Positions 56,070 to 64,000 of a stretch of DNA of 64,000 nt are shown piece after piece. How positions within the stretch are numbered: the stretch's first letter is position 1; each line of letters opens with the position of its first letter. The stretch covers positions 7,093-71,092 of the forward strand of contig JBMDXQ010000090.1 in the NCBI GenBank assembly GCA_048594975.1, read 5' to 3'. This DNA is from Vicinamibacterales bacterium. GTDB lineage: Bacteria > Acidobacteriota > Vicinamibacteria > Vicinamibacterales > 2-12-FULL-66-21. The notes below the pieces were generated by a model. The model did no database searches, was not told the origin of the DNA, and was given only the letters and a program-made list of their open reading frames with translations. The position numbers were made by a program, and so were the translations under genes.

Positions 56070-56768
56070 ATGAGTTCCCGGGTTCGCAAGGTTTCGCTTC
56101 CTCCACCGGCGCGGCGCCGCTGGTTCCGGCGGCGGCTGCTCGAGTGGTACCGGCGCAACGGACGCGACCTGCCGTGGCGGCAGACGCGCGATCCGTACCG
56201 CATCCTCGTCTCCGAGATCATGCTGCAGCAGACCCAGGTCGATCGCGTGCTGTCGAAGTACCACGAGTGGCTGCACAAGTACCCCACGCTCGAGGCGCTC
56301 GCCGCGGCACCCGCGCGTGACGTCGCCGCGACCTGGCGCCCGCTCGGCTACAACATCCGCCCGCGCCGCCTGCACGCGATCGCGCGGGAGTCGGTCGCCT
56401 CGTACGGCGGCGCGCTGCCGGCCGACGAGGCGACGCTGCGCTCGTTCGAGGGAATCGGCGCCTACACCGCCGGAGCGGTCCTGAGCTTCGCGTTCGGACA
56501 GCGGGCGGCGATCCTCGACACCAACGTCGCACGGGTGCTGTTCCGCGTCTTCGTCGCCGGCGGCGAGCTGAAGGCGCACGCGATGACGCGCGCGCTGTGG
56601 GAGATCTCGCGCGCCCTGCTCCCGCACCGCCACGTCTTCGACTTCAATCAGGCGCTGATGGACTTCGGCGCGACGCTCTGCACCGCGCGGCGGCCCGCGT
56701 GTCGCGCGTGCCCGCTGCGCCGCGGGTGCGTGAGCTTCCCCGTCATCGCCAACGGCGGCGGCGCGTGA
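56070..56768 (+). CDS. mutY: A/G-specific adenine glycosylase, short form lacking the C-terminal domain
   Basis: RDLPWRQTRDPYRILVSEIMLQQTQV, GIGAYTAGAV, FNQALMDFGA, CTARRPACRACPLRRGC. Confidence 0.88.
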   Translation: MSSRVRKVSLPPPARRRWFRRRLLEWYRRNGRDLPWRQTRDPYRILVSEIMLQQTQVDRVLSKYHEWLHKYPTLEALAAAPARDVAATWRPLGYNIRPRRLHAIARESVASYGGALPADEATLRSFEGIGAYTAGAVLSFAFGQRAAILDTNVARVLFRVFVAGGELKAHAMTRALWEISRALLPHRHVFDFNQALMDFGATLCTARRPACRACPLRRGCVSFPVIANGGGA

Positions 56769-57163
56769 CCGCCGCGCCCCGCCAACGGGTGGTCGTCGCC
56801 GCGGCCGTGATCGAGCGCGGTGGCGCGTTCCTCGTCACCCGGCGGCTCGAAGGCGCCCACCTCGAAGGCCGCTGGGAGTTCCCCGGCGGCAAGTGCGACC
56901 CCGGCGAGTCGCTCACCGCCTGCCTGAAGCGCGAGATCCTCGAGGAGCTCGGCGCCGGCCTGAGGATCGGTCCCGAGATCTTCGTCGTCGAGCACGACTA
57001 CCCGGAGCGGGTCGTCGAGCTGCATTTCTTCGCGTGCGAGCTGACCGGGGTGCCCGCGCCGGTGCTCGGGCAGGCGATGCGGTGGGTACGGCGCGAGGAA
57101 CTGCGCTCGCTCGATTTCCCTCCCGCCGACGCGGAGCTGGTCGAGCGGCTGCGACGCGGCTAG
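56765..57163 (+). CDS. mutT: MutT-like NUDIX pyrophosphohydrolase
   Basis: WEFPGGKCDPGESLTACLKREILEELG; FPPAD; GTGA overlap with mutY. Confidence 0.85.
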   Translation: MTAAPRQRVVVAAAVIERGGAFLVTRRLEGAHLEGRWEFPGGKCDPGESLTACLKREILEELGAGLRIGPEIFVVEHDYPERVVELHFFACELTGVPAPVLGQAMRWVRREELRSLDFPPADAELVERLRRG

Positions 57164-57227
57164 CCGTTCCGGGACCGTCGCGTCGACGCCGGCACCAGCT
57201 CCCAACTCCCGAGACGCCTCTTCGTGA

Positions 57228-59408
57228 TCAGAACCGGAAGAGATAGCTCCCCTTCACGAAGACCTGCCGACCGGTCGAGCGCAGTCCCGGCGCGCGGGTG
57301 AATTCGAACGGATCCAGCCGCTCGTAGCGGTCGGTGTAGCCGACGTACACGGCGGTGCCCGGGTTGAGCAGCCACGTGAACAGCAGGTCGGCGGTCACCG
57401 TCTCCTCGTCCTCGACCTCCACCAGCCCGGGCGTCGGACGCACGGTCGCGTAGTCCACGATGGCGCGCAGCGAGAACGCGCGCGTGAACTGGTAGGTCAC
57501 CCGCGAGCGGAGGATGTGATTGGTGAAGATCGTTTCGCCGGCGCCGCGGGTCGAGAGGCTCGAATAGAGGTAGCCCTGTTGCACCCTCAGCCGCGAGCCG
57601 GGCCGGACCGTCACGTTCGCTTCCGCTTCGCGCCCCGCCGCAAGGAACGGGGCGGCGCCGCCGCCGGGGAAGAAGTTGATCTCGGTGCCCCAGGTCACGC
57701 CCGCCCCGCCGCTCAGCCAGGTGAACCACGCGGACTCGAACGCCACGTCGCTGGCGTGCTTCCGGAACTCGATGCCCTCGAACAGCTCGAACGACTGCGC
57801 GTGACCGGCGAAGAGGTAGGTCTGCCGCGTCAGCTCGAGATCGAACTCGGGGTTTATCTGCCAGTCCTGCAGGCGGCCGGCGTGATCCCAGTTGGCCAGC
57901 AGCTCCAGCTCCGGGCCGTAGCGCAGGACGGCCCTGCCATCCGGCCTCCAGTTGTACTCGAGCCGCTGCTCGACCTGGCGGATGTCGACACGCGGTACGA
58001 ACCCGAGCGGCGCGCGGAACTGCGGGCTGATGTCCAGGTACTCTGCCGCGTACGAGAAGGTGCGCGCCTCCCGGAACAGCGATGCGCTCACCGCTCCCCC
58101 CGCCTCCGCCGCGGTCCCGGGCTCGCGTGTCTGGCTGAACGCGACCTGCCCGTGCGCGATCCAGTTGTCGGTCAGCTTCCAGCGCCCGTCCGCCGATGCA
58201 ACACGGCTAGAGGCGCCCGCGAAGTCGCGGCTCGTGGCCAGCATGCCGAGCGACGACTGCTCGCCGAAGTCGCGCTGCGCGCGGACGATCCCGATCGCGG
58301 CGCGATCGCCGGCGCCGGGATCGGGCGGCGCCAGGCGGCGCCCGGGCGCACGGTCGTCGATGGCGAGCGCCCCCAGCGCCCACCCGCCGGACTTCCCGGT
58401 CGCGCGCGCCCCGACCTGCGGATCGACGATGCGCCGCGAGAACACCAGCTGGATGGGCGTCTCGAAGTAGGTTGCGTTCTCGATGAAGAACGGCCGCCGC
58501 TCCGGAAAGAACACCTCGAAGCGCTGGTTGATCGTCACCTGCGGTTCGTCCGACTCGACCTGGCTGAAATCGGGGTTCAGTGCCAGATCGAGCGTGAAGG
58601 CGTCCTTCAAGACGATCTTGCCGTCGAGCCCGACACGTGCGTCGTTCTCGCTCTGATACGCGCCAGCGGGCGCTCCCACGAACACGCGCGCACCGGCGAA
58701 GACGCCGTACGGGATCAGCTGGATGTTGCGCCCCGGTGAGATGCGCTCGAGCCCGTCGAGCTGCGCCAGCTGCTGCCCGAAACCGGCCACCCGCCGCGTG
58801 ATGTACGGCCAGAACGTGTCCTCGTTGGTCCGCGGAATCAGCCGCGCGAGCGCGATGCCCCAGGTCTGCTTCTCCACGGCGGGGAAGCGCAGGCTCTTGA
58901 ACGGCAGCTCGAAGCGCACGACGTAGCCGAACGGCGTCAAGCGCCCCTCGGACCTCCACAGCGTATCGAAGCTGTAGTCGTCCTCCTGTCCCTCGCTGAC
59001 GATCCCGTCGAGCTGAACGCCGTGGGGGTTGGCCATGAACACGTACGAGCGCCGCTGGTCGTAGAACGTGTCCAATACCACGCCCACGACGTCGTCGCCC
59101 TCGACGTCCTCGCGGCGCGTGAGCCGTGCGCGGATCAGGCGGGGGTCGGTGTCCTCGCAGACGAAGACCACGTAGAGGTGATCGTCGTCGTACGAGACGT
59201 AGGCGGTGGTGCTCTGCGTCGCAGGCACGCCGTCGCCGGGCTCCCGCTGCACGAAACCGGTCACGGCGGCGATGCCGGCGGGAGGCGAGCCGTCGAGGTA
59301 ATCCTCGAGCCGCGGCGGCTCGCTGACCCGCTCGACGCGCAGCGCGGGTTGCGCAGACGCGGCGGCCGGGAGGAGCGCGAGGAGGATGGTGCCGGGCAGG
59401 AAACGCAT
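57228..59408 (-). CDS. DUF5916-like outer-membrane protein (CBM9-like N-domain plus beta-barrel)
   Basis: YDDDHLYV, DTFYDQRRSYVF..NPHGVQ, NPDFSQVESD, FPERRPFFIE, FSRRI; C-terminal F. Confidence 0.82.
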   Translation of the reverse strand: MRFLPGTILLALLPAAASAQPALRVERVSEPPRLEDYLDGSPPAGIAAVTGFVQREPGDGVPATQSTTAYVSYDDDHLYVVFVCEDTDPRLIRARLTRREDVEGDDVVGVVLDTFYDQRRSYVFMANPHGVQLDGIVSEGQEDDYSFDTLWRSEGRLTPFGYVVRFELPFKSLRFPAVEKQTWGIALARLIPRTNEDTFWPYITRRVAGFGQQLAQLDGLERISPGRNIQLIPYGVFAGARVFVGAPAGAYQSENDARVGLDGKIVLKDAFTLDLALNPDFSQVESDEPQVTINQRFEVFFPERRPFFIENATYFETPIQLVFSRRIVDPQVGARATGKSGGWALGALAIDDRAPGRRLAPPDPGAGDRAAIGIVRAQRDFGEQSSLGMLATSRDFAGASSRVASADGRWKLTDNWIAHGQVAFSQTREPGTAAEAGGAVSASLFREARTFSYAAEYLDISPQFRAPLGFVPRVDIRQVEQRLEYNWRPDGRAVLRYGPELELLANWDHAGRLQDWQINPEFDLELTRQTYLFAGHAQSFELFEGIEFRKHASDVAFESAWFTWLSGGAGVTWGTEINFFPGGGAAPFLAAGREAEANVTVRPGSRLRVQQGYLYSSLSTRGAGETIFTNHILRSRVTYQFTRAFSLRAIVDYATVRPTPGLVEVEDEETVTADLLFTWLLNPGTAVYVGYTDRYERLDPFEFTRAPGLRSTGRQVFVKGSYLFRF

Positions 59409-60448
59409 CAGGCAAACGGCGTGGCGGCGACGATCGCCGGAACAGCGCCGACGTGCACCGCCGTACCAGGCGAGGTGAAGTCGCGGTGCACGTAGCCGAG
59501 CGCAATGGCGGTGCCCAGCCGCGGCGAGCGGGCCGCGCTGGTGGTGCGGCCGATCTCCCGGCCCTCGGCGCGGATCGCTTCGCCGCGCGCCGGCACGGCA
59601 GCCGACGCGAGCCGCAGGCCGACCAGCCGTCGCGCCACCCGGCCGTGGCCACGGTCGAGCACGCGGACAATCACCTCCTGCCCGACGTAGCACCCCTTGG
59701 TTCGGCTGATGGCGCGGTCTTCGATGCCCGCCTCCAGCGGAATCGTCTCTCCGTCCATGTCGAGCCCGAAACGCGGACGACCTGCTTCGATGCGGGTCGT
59801 CTCGGTCACTGCCTCGTCGACGTCAACGGCTCCCTGCCCGCGCAGCGCCGCGAGCAGCGTCTCGCGGAGCGCGGCGTCGACGACGAGATCGAAGCCGGCG
59901 ACGCCGGGATCGTCGCTCCGGAGCACGTACACCGGCGAGCCGCGGACGTCCCAGTGCGCGCTGCCGAGCATCGGCATCGCCTCGAGGATGCCGACCGCGG
60001 GCCAGCCGATCACCGCGGCGTCGCCGTGCTGCGGCGCGTCGACGTCCGGGTGCGCAGCTGCCAGCGCGGCAGACAGCACCGCCGGCGAGCGCGGTCCGTA
60101 GATGCCGAGTTGCGCTTGCTCCGCGCTCAGGTCCTTGATCTCGACGTCCTCGCTGAACACGAACTGGGCGAGGCGATCGCGCACGGTGGTGGTCACGAAG
60201 CCTTCGAGGTCGAGCAGGACCGCGTCCCCCAACTCGAACACGCGCAGGTCGGCGATCATGCGGCCCTGCGGCGTGAGATAGGCGGCGTAGCACCCGGTGC
60301 CCGCGGCCAGCACGGTGATGTCGTTGGTCAGCAGCCCGTGCAAGTAGGACCGGCGATCGGAGCCGGTGACGAGGAGCCGGCCGCGAGCCGATCGCTCGAC
60401 GATGGCCGCACCTTCGCGGATGGCGTGATAGCGCTCGAAGAAATCCAT
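59408..60448 (-). CDS. ygfZ: Folate-binding YgfZ/GcvT-like aminomethyltransferase-family protein
   Basis: YLHGLLTND, LTPQGRM, KGCYVGQE. Confidence 0.88.
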   Translation of the reverse strand: MDFFERYHAIREGAAIVERSARGRLLVTGSDRRSYLHGLLTNDITVLAAGTGCYAAYLTPQGRMIADLRVFELGDAVLLDLEGFVTTTVRDRLAQFVFSEDVEIKDLSAEQAQLGIYGPRSPAVLSAALAAAHPDVDAPQHGDAAVIGWPAVGILEAMPMLGSAHWDVRGSPVYVLRSDDPGVAGFDLVVDAALRETLLAALRGQGAVDVDEAVTETTRIEAGRPRFGLDMDGETIPLEAGIEDRAISRTKGCYVGQEVIVRVLDRGHGRVARRLVGLRLASAAVPARGEAIRAEGREIGRTTSAARSPRLGTAIALGYVHRDFTSPGTAVHVGAVPAIVAATPFA

Positions 60449-60477
60449 TGCCGGCGTCGCTGATATATCCTCAAGGC

Positions 60478-62130
60478 ATGCCCGCGTTGCGCCATTGTAC
60501 CGCCGCGCTCGTCGCGCTCCTAGCCGCGGGCGGCGCTGCCGCGCAGACGCCGGCGCCGCAGCCGGCACCGGGGGACGCCGAGTACACGATCTTCTACCGC
60601 GGCGCGGCGATCGGGCGCGAGAACGTGCACCTCGCGCGGACGAAGGACGGCTGGATCCTCACCGCCGGCGGCCGCACCGCGCCGCCGTACGACAACACGC
60701 TCCATCGCTTCGAGCTGAAGTACACCGCCGACTGGCAACCGGTCGAGCTCAAGCTCGACGCCACCGCGGGCCGGACCAGCCTCGGGATCGCCACCTCGTT
60801 CGGCGGCACGACGGCGATCAACGAGATCACCCGCAACGGCATGACCAACGCGAAGACCGACCAGGTCTCGCCGCGCACGATCGTCCTGCCCAGCAACTTC
60901 TACGCCGGCTACGAGGCGCTCGCGGCGCGGCTCGCGCGTACCTCGGTCGGCGACCAGCTGCCGCTCTACATCGTCCCGCAGGCGGAAGTGACAATGACGG
61001 TGAAGAGCATCCGCGAGGAGCCGCTCGCGATCCCCGGCGGCACGCTGCACACGCGGCGTTACGAGACGACGGTGGACAACCCGGCCGGCCCGCTGGTCGT
61101 GCAGGTCGGCGTCGATCAGCGTTCGCGCTTCGTTCGCCTCGACGTGCCGTCGGCCGGCCTGCTCGTGCTGCGCTCCGATGTCGCCAGCGTCGCGACCCGC
61201 CCGCTGACCGCGCGCAACCCGACGGATTTTGACGTCTCGATTCCGGGCAACGGCTTCAATCTGGCCGCCACCGTCACGACACCTCCGGCCGCAGCGTCGC
61301 GGCTGCGCTACCCGGCGGTGATCCTGGCCGCCGGCTCCGGCCCTGCCGATCGGGACCAGATCTCCTCGGGCGTCCCCGTCTTCGCCGAGCTCGCCGGCAT
61401 GCTGGCCGAGCGCGGCCTGGTGGTCGTGCGCTATGACATGCGCGGCATCGGCCAGAGCGGCGGACGGACCGAGACGGCGACGCTCCAGGACTTCGCGGAG
61501 GATCTGCGGTCGGTGGTGCGGTGGGTGGAGAAGCGCAAGGACGTGGACAAGAAGCGCATCGCCGTCGCGGGCTACAGCGAGGGCGGCTGGGTGGCGCTCC
61601 TGGCCGCGTCGCGCGAGAAGAAGATCGCATCGCTCATCCTCGTTGCCGCACCGGGCACGACCGGCGCCGAACTCGTGCTCGAGCAGCAGCGCCACGCGCT
61701 CGACCAGCTGAAGGCGAGCGAGGAGGAGCGGAAGAAGAAGATCGAGCTGCAGCATCGCATCCACACCGCGGTGCTCACCGGCAAGGGGTGGGAGAACATC
61801 CCCGAGGAGCTGCGCGCGCAGGCCGACGTCCCGTCGTTCGCGAGCCTGCTTGCCTTCGACCCGTTGAAGGTGATGTCGAACGTGAAGCAGCCGATCCTCG
61901 TCCTGCACGGGGAGCTCGACAAGGAGGTGCCGCCGCATCATGGCACCCGGCTCGCCGAGCTCGCCGGGGCGCGCAAGAACGCGGCGAGCGTGGAGCTGAA
62001 GCAGCTGCCGGGCGTGAACCACCTCCTCGTTCGCGGCACCACCGGCGAGGTCTCGGAGTACGGGACGCTGCCGGCGCCAGCCGTGGCGCGCGAAGCGGGC
62101 GAGGCAATTGCAGCATGGCTGGGGAAATGA
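60478..62130 (+). CDS. Secreted alpha/beta hydrolase with N-terminal beta-rich domain
   Basis: GSGPADRD, RYDMRGIGQS, nucleophile GYSEG, HGELDKEV, VNHLL. Confidence 0.82.
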   Translation: MPALRHCTAALVALLAAGGAAAQTPAPQPAPGDAEYTIFYRGAAIGRENVHLARTKDGWILTAGGRTAPPYDNTLHRFELKYTADWQPVELKLDATAGRTSLGIATSFGGTTAINEITRNGMTNAKTDQVSPRTIVLPSNFYAGYEALAARLARTSVGDQLPLYIVPQAEVTMTVKSIREEPLAIPGGTLHTRRYETTVDNPAGPLVVQVGVDQRSRFVRLDVPSAGLLVLRSDVASVATRPLTARNPTDFDVSIPGNGFNLAATVTTPPAAASRLRYPAVILAAGSGPADRDQISSGVPVFAELAGMLAERGLVVVRYDMRGIGQSGGRTETATLQDFAEDLRSVVRWVEKRKDVDKKRIAVAGYSEGGWVALLAASREKKIASLILVAAPGTTGAELVLEQQRHALDQLKASEEERKKKIELQHRIHTAVLTGKGWENIPEELRAQADVPSFASLLAFDPLKVMSNVKQPILVLHGELDKEVPPHHGTRLAELAGARKNAASVELKQLPGVNHLLVRGTTGEVSEYGTLPAPAVAREAGEAIAAWLGK

Positions 62131-62176
62131 CCTCGTCTGCCGGAAAACCGGCAGGACTTCGACTAGACTCCCTTCG

Positions 62177-63310
62177 ATGACAGTTGGCGTTCCGAAGGAA
62201 TCCTGGCCGGGAGAAGCGCGCGTCTCCCTGGTCCCTGCCGCGGTCACCAAGCTCACCAAAGCCGGTCTCGAGGTCGTCGTCGAACGGGGCGCCGGCGCAG
62301 CCGCCGGGTTCACCGACGACGCCTATGCCGCGCAGGGCGCGAGGCTCGCCGATCGCGATGCGGTGGTCGCCTCCTCCGACATCCTCCTGCAGGTCCGCAC
62401 GACTCCGGACGGCGTCGCGCTCAGGGCCGGCCAGGTGGTCATCGGCTTCGCCGACCCGCTCGGCGCGCCGGCGGCGATCGCCCAGCTCGCCGCCACCGGC
62501 GTGTCGACGTTTTCGATGGAGCTGATGCCGCGGATCACCCGCGCGCAGAGCATGGACGCGCTCTCGGCGATGGCGACCATTGCCGGGTACAAGGCGGTGC
62601 TGATCGCCGCCAACGTACTGCCGCGGATGTTTCCGATGATGATGACCGCCGCCGGCACGGTCTCGCCCGCCCACGTGTTCGTCGTCGGCGCCGGCGTCGC
62701 GGGGCTGCAGGCCATCGCCTCGGCGCGGCGGCTCGGCGCGAAGGTGGAGGCGTACGACGTCCGGCCGGCGGTCAAGGAGCAGGTGCTCAGCCTCGGCGCA
62801 AAGTTCGTCGAGCTGCCCCTCGAGGTGGCGGATGCGGAGGACAAGGGGGGCTACGCCCGGGCGCAGGACGAGTCCTTCTATCGTCGGCAGCGCGAGATGA
62901 TGCTTGGTGTGGTCGCGCACAGCGACGTGGTGATCACGACGGCGCAGGTGCCGGGCAAGCGCGCCCCGATCCTGATCACCACCGAGATGGTGGAGAGGAT
63001 GGCGCCGGGCAGCGTGGTCGTCGATCTCGCCGCCGAGCGCGGCGGCAACTGCGAGCTCACCCGCCCAGACGAGCACGTGGTGCACCGGGGCGTGAGCGTC
63101 ATCGGGCCCTCGAACCCGGCGTCGCTCGTCCCCTACCACGCCAGCCAGATGTACGCCCGGAACATCACCACCTTCCTCCTGCATCTGCTCGGGAAGGAGG
63201 GAGCGAAGGAGGCGTCGATGCCGATCGACGTGAACGACGAGATCACGCGCGAGACGCTGCTCACGCGCGACGGCGCGGTCGTGCACCCGCGGGTCAAGGA
63301 GCTTCTCTGA
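62177..63310 (+). CDS. pntAA: NAD(P) transhydrogenase alpha subunit part 1
   Basis: VGVPKES..EARV, RITRAQSMDALS, GAGVAGLQA, DLAAERGGNC. Confidence 0.95.
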   Translation: MTVGVPKESWPGEARVSLVPAAVTKLTKAGLEVVVERGAGAAAGFTDDAYAAQGARLADRDAVVASSDILLQVRTTPDGVALRAGQVVIGFADPLGAPAAIAQLAATGVSTFSMELMPRITRAQSMDALSAMATIAGYKAVLIAANVLPRMFPMMMTAAGTVSPAHVFVVGAGVAGLQAIASARRLGAKVEAYDVRPAVKEQVLSLGAKFVELPLEVADAEDKGGYARAQDESFYRRQREMMLGVVAHSDVVITTAQVPGKRAPILITTEMVERMAPGSVVVDLAAERGGNCELTRPDEHVVHRGVSVIGPSNPASLVPYHASQMYARNITTFLLHLLGKEGAKEASMPIDVNDEITRETLLTRDGAVVHPRVKELL

Positions 63311-63588
63311 TGGAAGCGTTCATCACGGTTCTGACGATCTTCGTCCTGGCGCTCTTCGTGGGCTGGGAGGTCATCACGAAGGTGCCGCCGCTGCTGCACA
63401 CGCCGCTGATGTCAGGGTCGAACGCCATCTCCGGCATCACCATCGTGGGAGCCATGCTCTCGGTGGCGACGCCGAGCCCGTATTCCACCGCTCTCGCATT
63501 CATCGCCATCGTGTTCGCGACGATCAACGTGGTCGGCGGCTTCCTGGTGACGCACCGGATGCTCGGGATGTTCAAGAGGAAGGGCTGA
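63310..63588 (+). CDS. pntAB: NAD(P) transhydrogenase alpha subunit part 2
   Basis: LHTPLMSGSNAISGI, INVVGGFLVTHRML. Confidence 0.95.
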   Translation: MEAFITVLTIFVLALFVGWEVITKVPPLLHTPLMSGSNAISGITIVGAMLSVATPSPYSTALAFIAIVFATINVVGGFLVTHRMLGMFKRKG

Positions 63589-63593
63589 TCGCG

Positions 63594-64000
63594 GTGCCGC
63601 CGTACCTCATCACCCTCGCCTACCTGGCCGCCTCGGTGCTGTTCATCTTCGGCCTGAAGGGGCTCGCGCACCCGCGCACCGCCGTGCACGCGAACCAGGT
63701 CGGGGCCCTGGGCATGCTCGTCGCCGTCATCGCGACGTTCCTCTATCGCACGCCCGCGGGCATCGGCCCGGCGCAGGCGTGGGGGCTCATCCTCGCCGCG
63801 GTGCTGATCGGGGCGGTTGCCGGCGCGCTGCTCGCGTTGAAGATCCAGATGACCGCGATGCCGCAGATGGTCGCGCTGCTGAACGGGTTCGGCGGCGGGG
63901 CGTCGGTGCTGGTCGCCGGCGCCGCCCTGGTCGACGTCTCGAGCGCGCCGTCGCTGCAGTTCCTGATCGCCACCGCAGCAACGGGGCTCATCGGCGCGGT
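63594..64000 (+). CDS. pntB: NAD(P) transhydrogenase beta subunit (3' truncated by window edge)
   Basis: LFIFGLKGLAHPRTA, MTAMPQMVALLNGFGG. Confidence 0.92.
   Translation, partial: MPPYLITLAYLAASVLFIFGLKGLAHPRTAVHANQVGALGMLVAVIATFLYRTPAGIGPAQAWGLILAAVLIGAVAGALLALKIQMTAMPQMVALLNGFGGGASVLVAGAALVDVSSAPSLQFLIATAATGLIGA

Noticed and set aside
1-64000. rRNA or tRNA genes, including selC
   Set aside because: No cloverleaf or rRNA signature recognised by eye; tRNAscan-SE/Infernal would be needed to exclude them fully

Overview
High-GC 64 kb chromosomal window. Gene content and protein style suggest Acidobacteriota, possibly Vicinamibacterales (inference). Main contents: (1) A near-complete Tad/Flp (type IVc) pilus locus on the minus strand (~13.9-25.0 kb: flp1, flp2, cpaA, two tadE-like genes, cpaB, cpaC, tadG, cpaE, cpaF, tadB, tadC, TPR/tadD-like). 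It is preceded by two complementary half-motif PilZ-like genes and contains an unannotated 33-aa membrane micropeptide. It continues co-directionally into a second AAA+ ATPase, a double-VWA protein, a TonB-C fusion and a three-gene GT-C-like membrane module. (2) A 71-aa glutaredoxin-like protein at 44098-44313 with two in-frame TGA codons, each followed by a SECIS-like hairpin: a probable double selenoprotein missed by the ORF track. (3) A LolA-like/MMPL/beta-barrel export triad, hpnCDE squalene synthesis genes, and housekeeping genes (thyX, def, thiI, lacD, short mutY plus mutT, ygfZ, pntAA/AB/B, fcl). (4) Many intergenic short-unit repeat arrays in inverted pairs, one enclosing a decayed four-helix-bundle gene. 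(5) A recurring TANNNT box 6-7 nt before start codons, indicating leaderless mRNAs. No rRNA, tRNA, CRISPR array or intact transposase/integrase was recognised. Product calls come from motif recognition by eye; no database searches were run.
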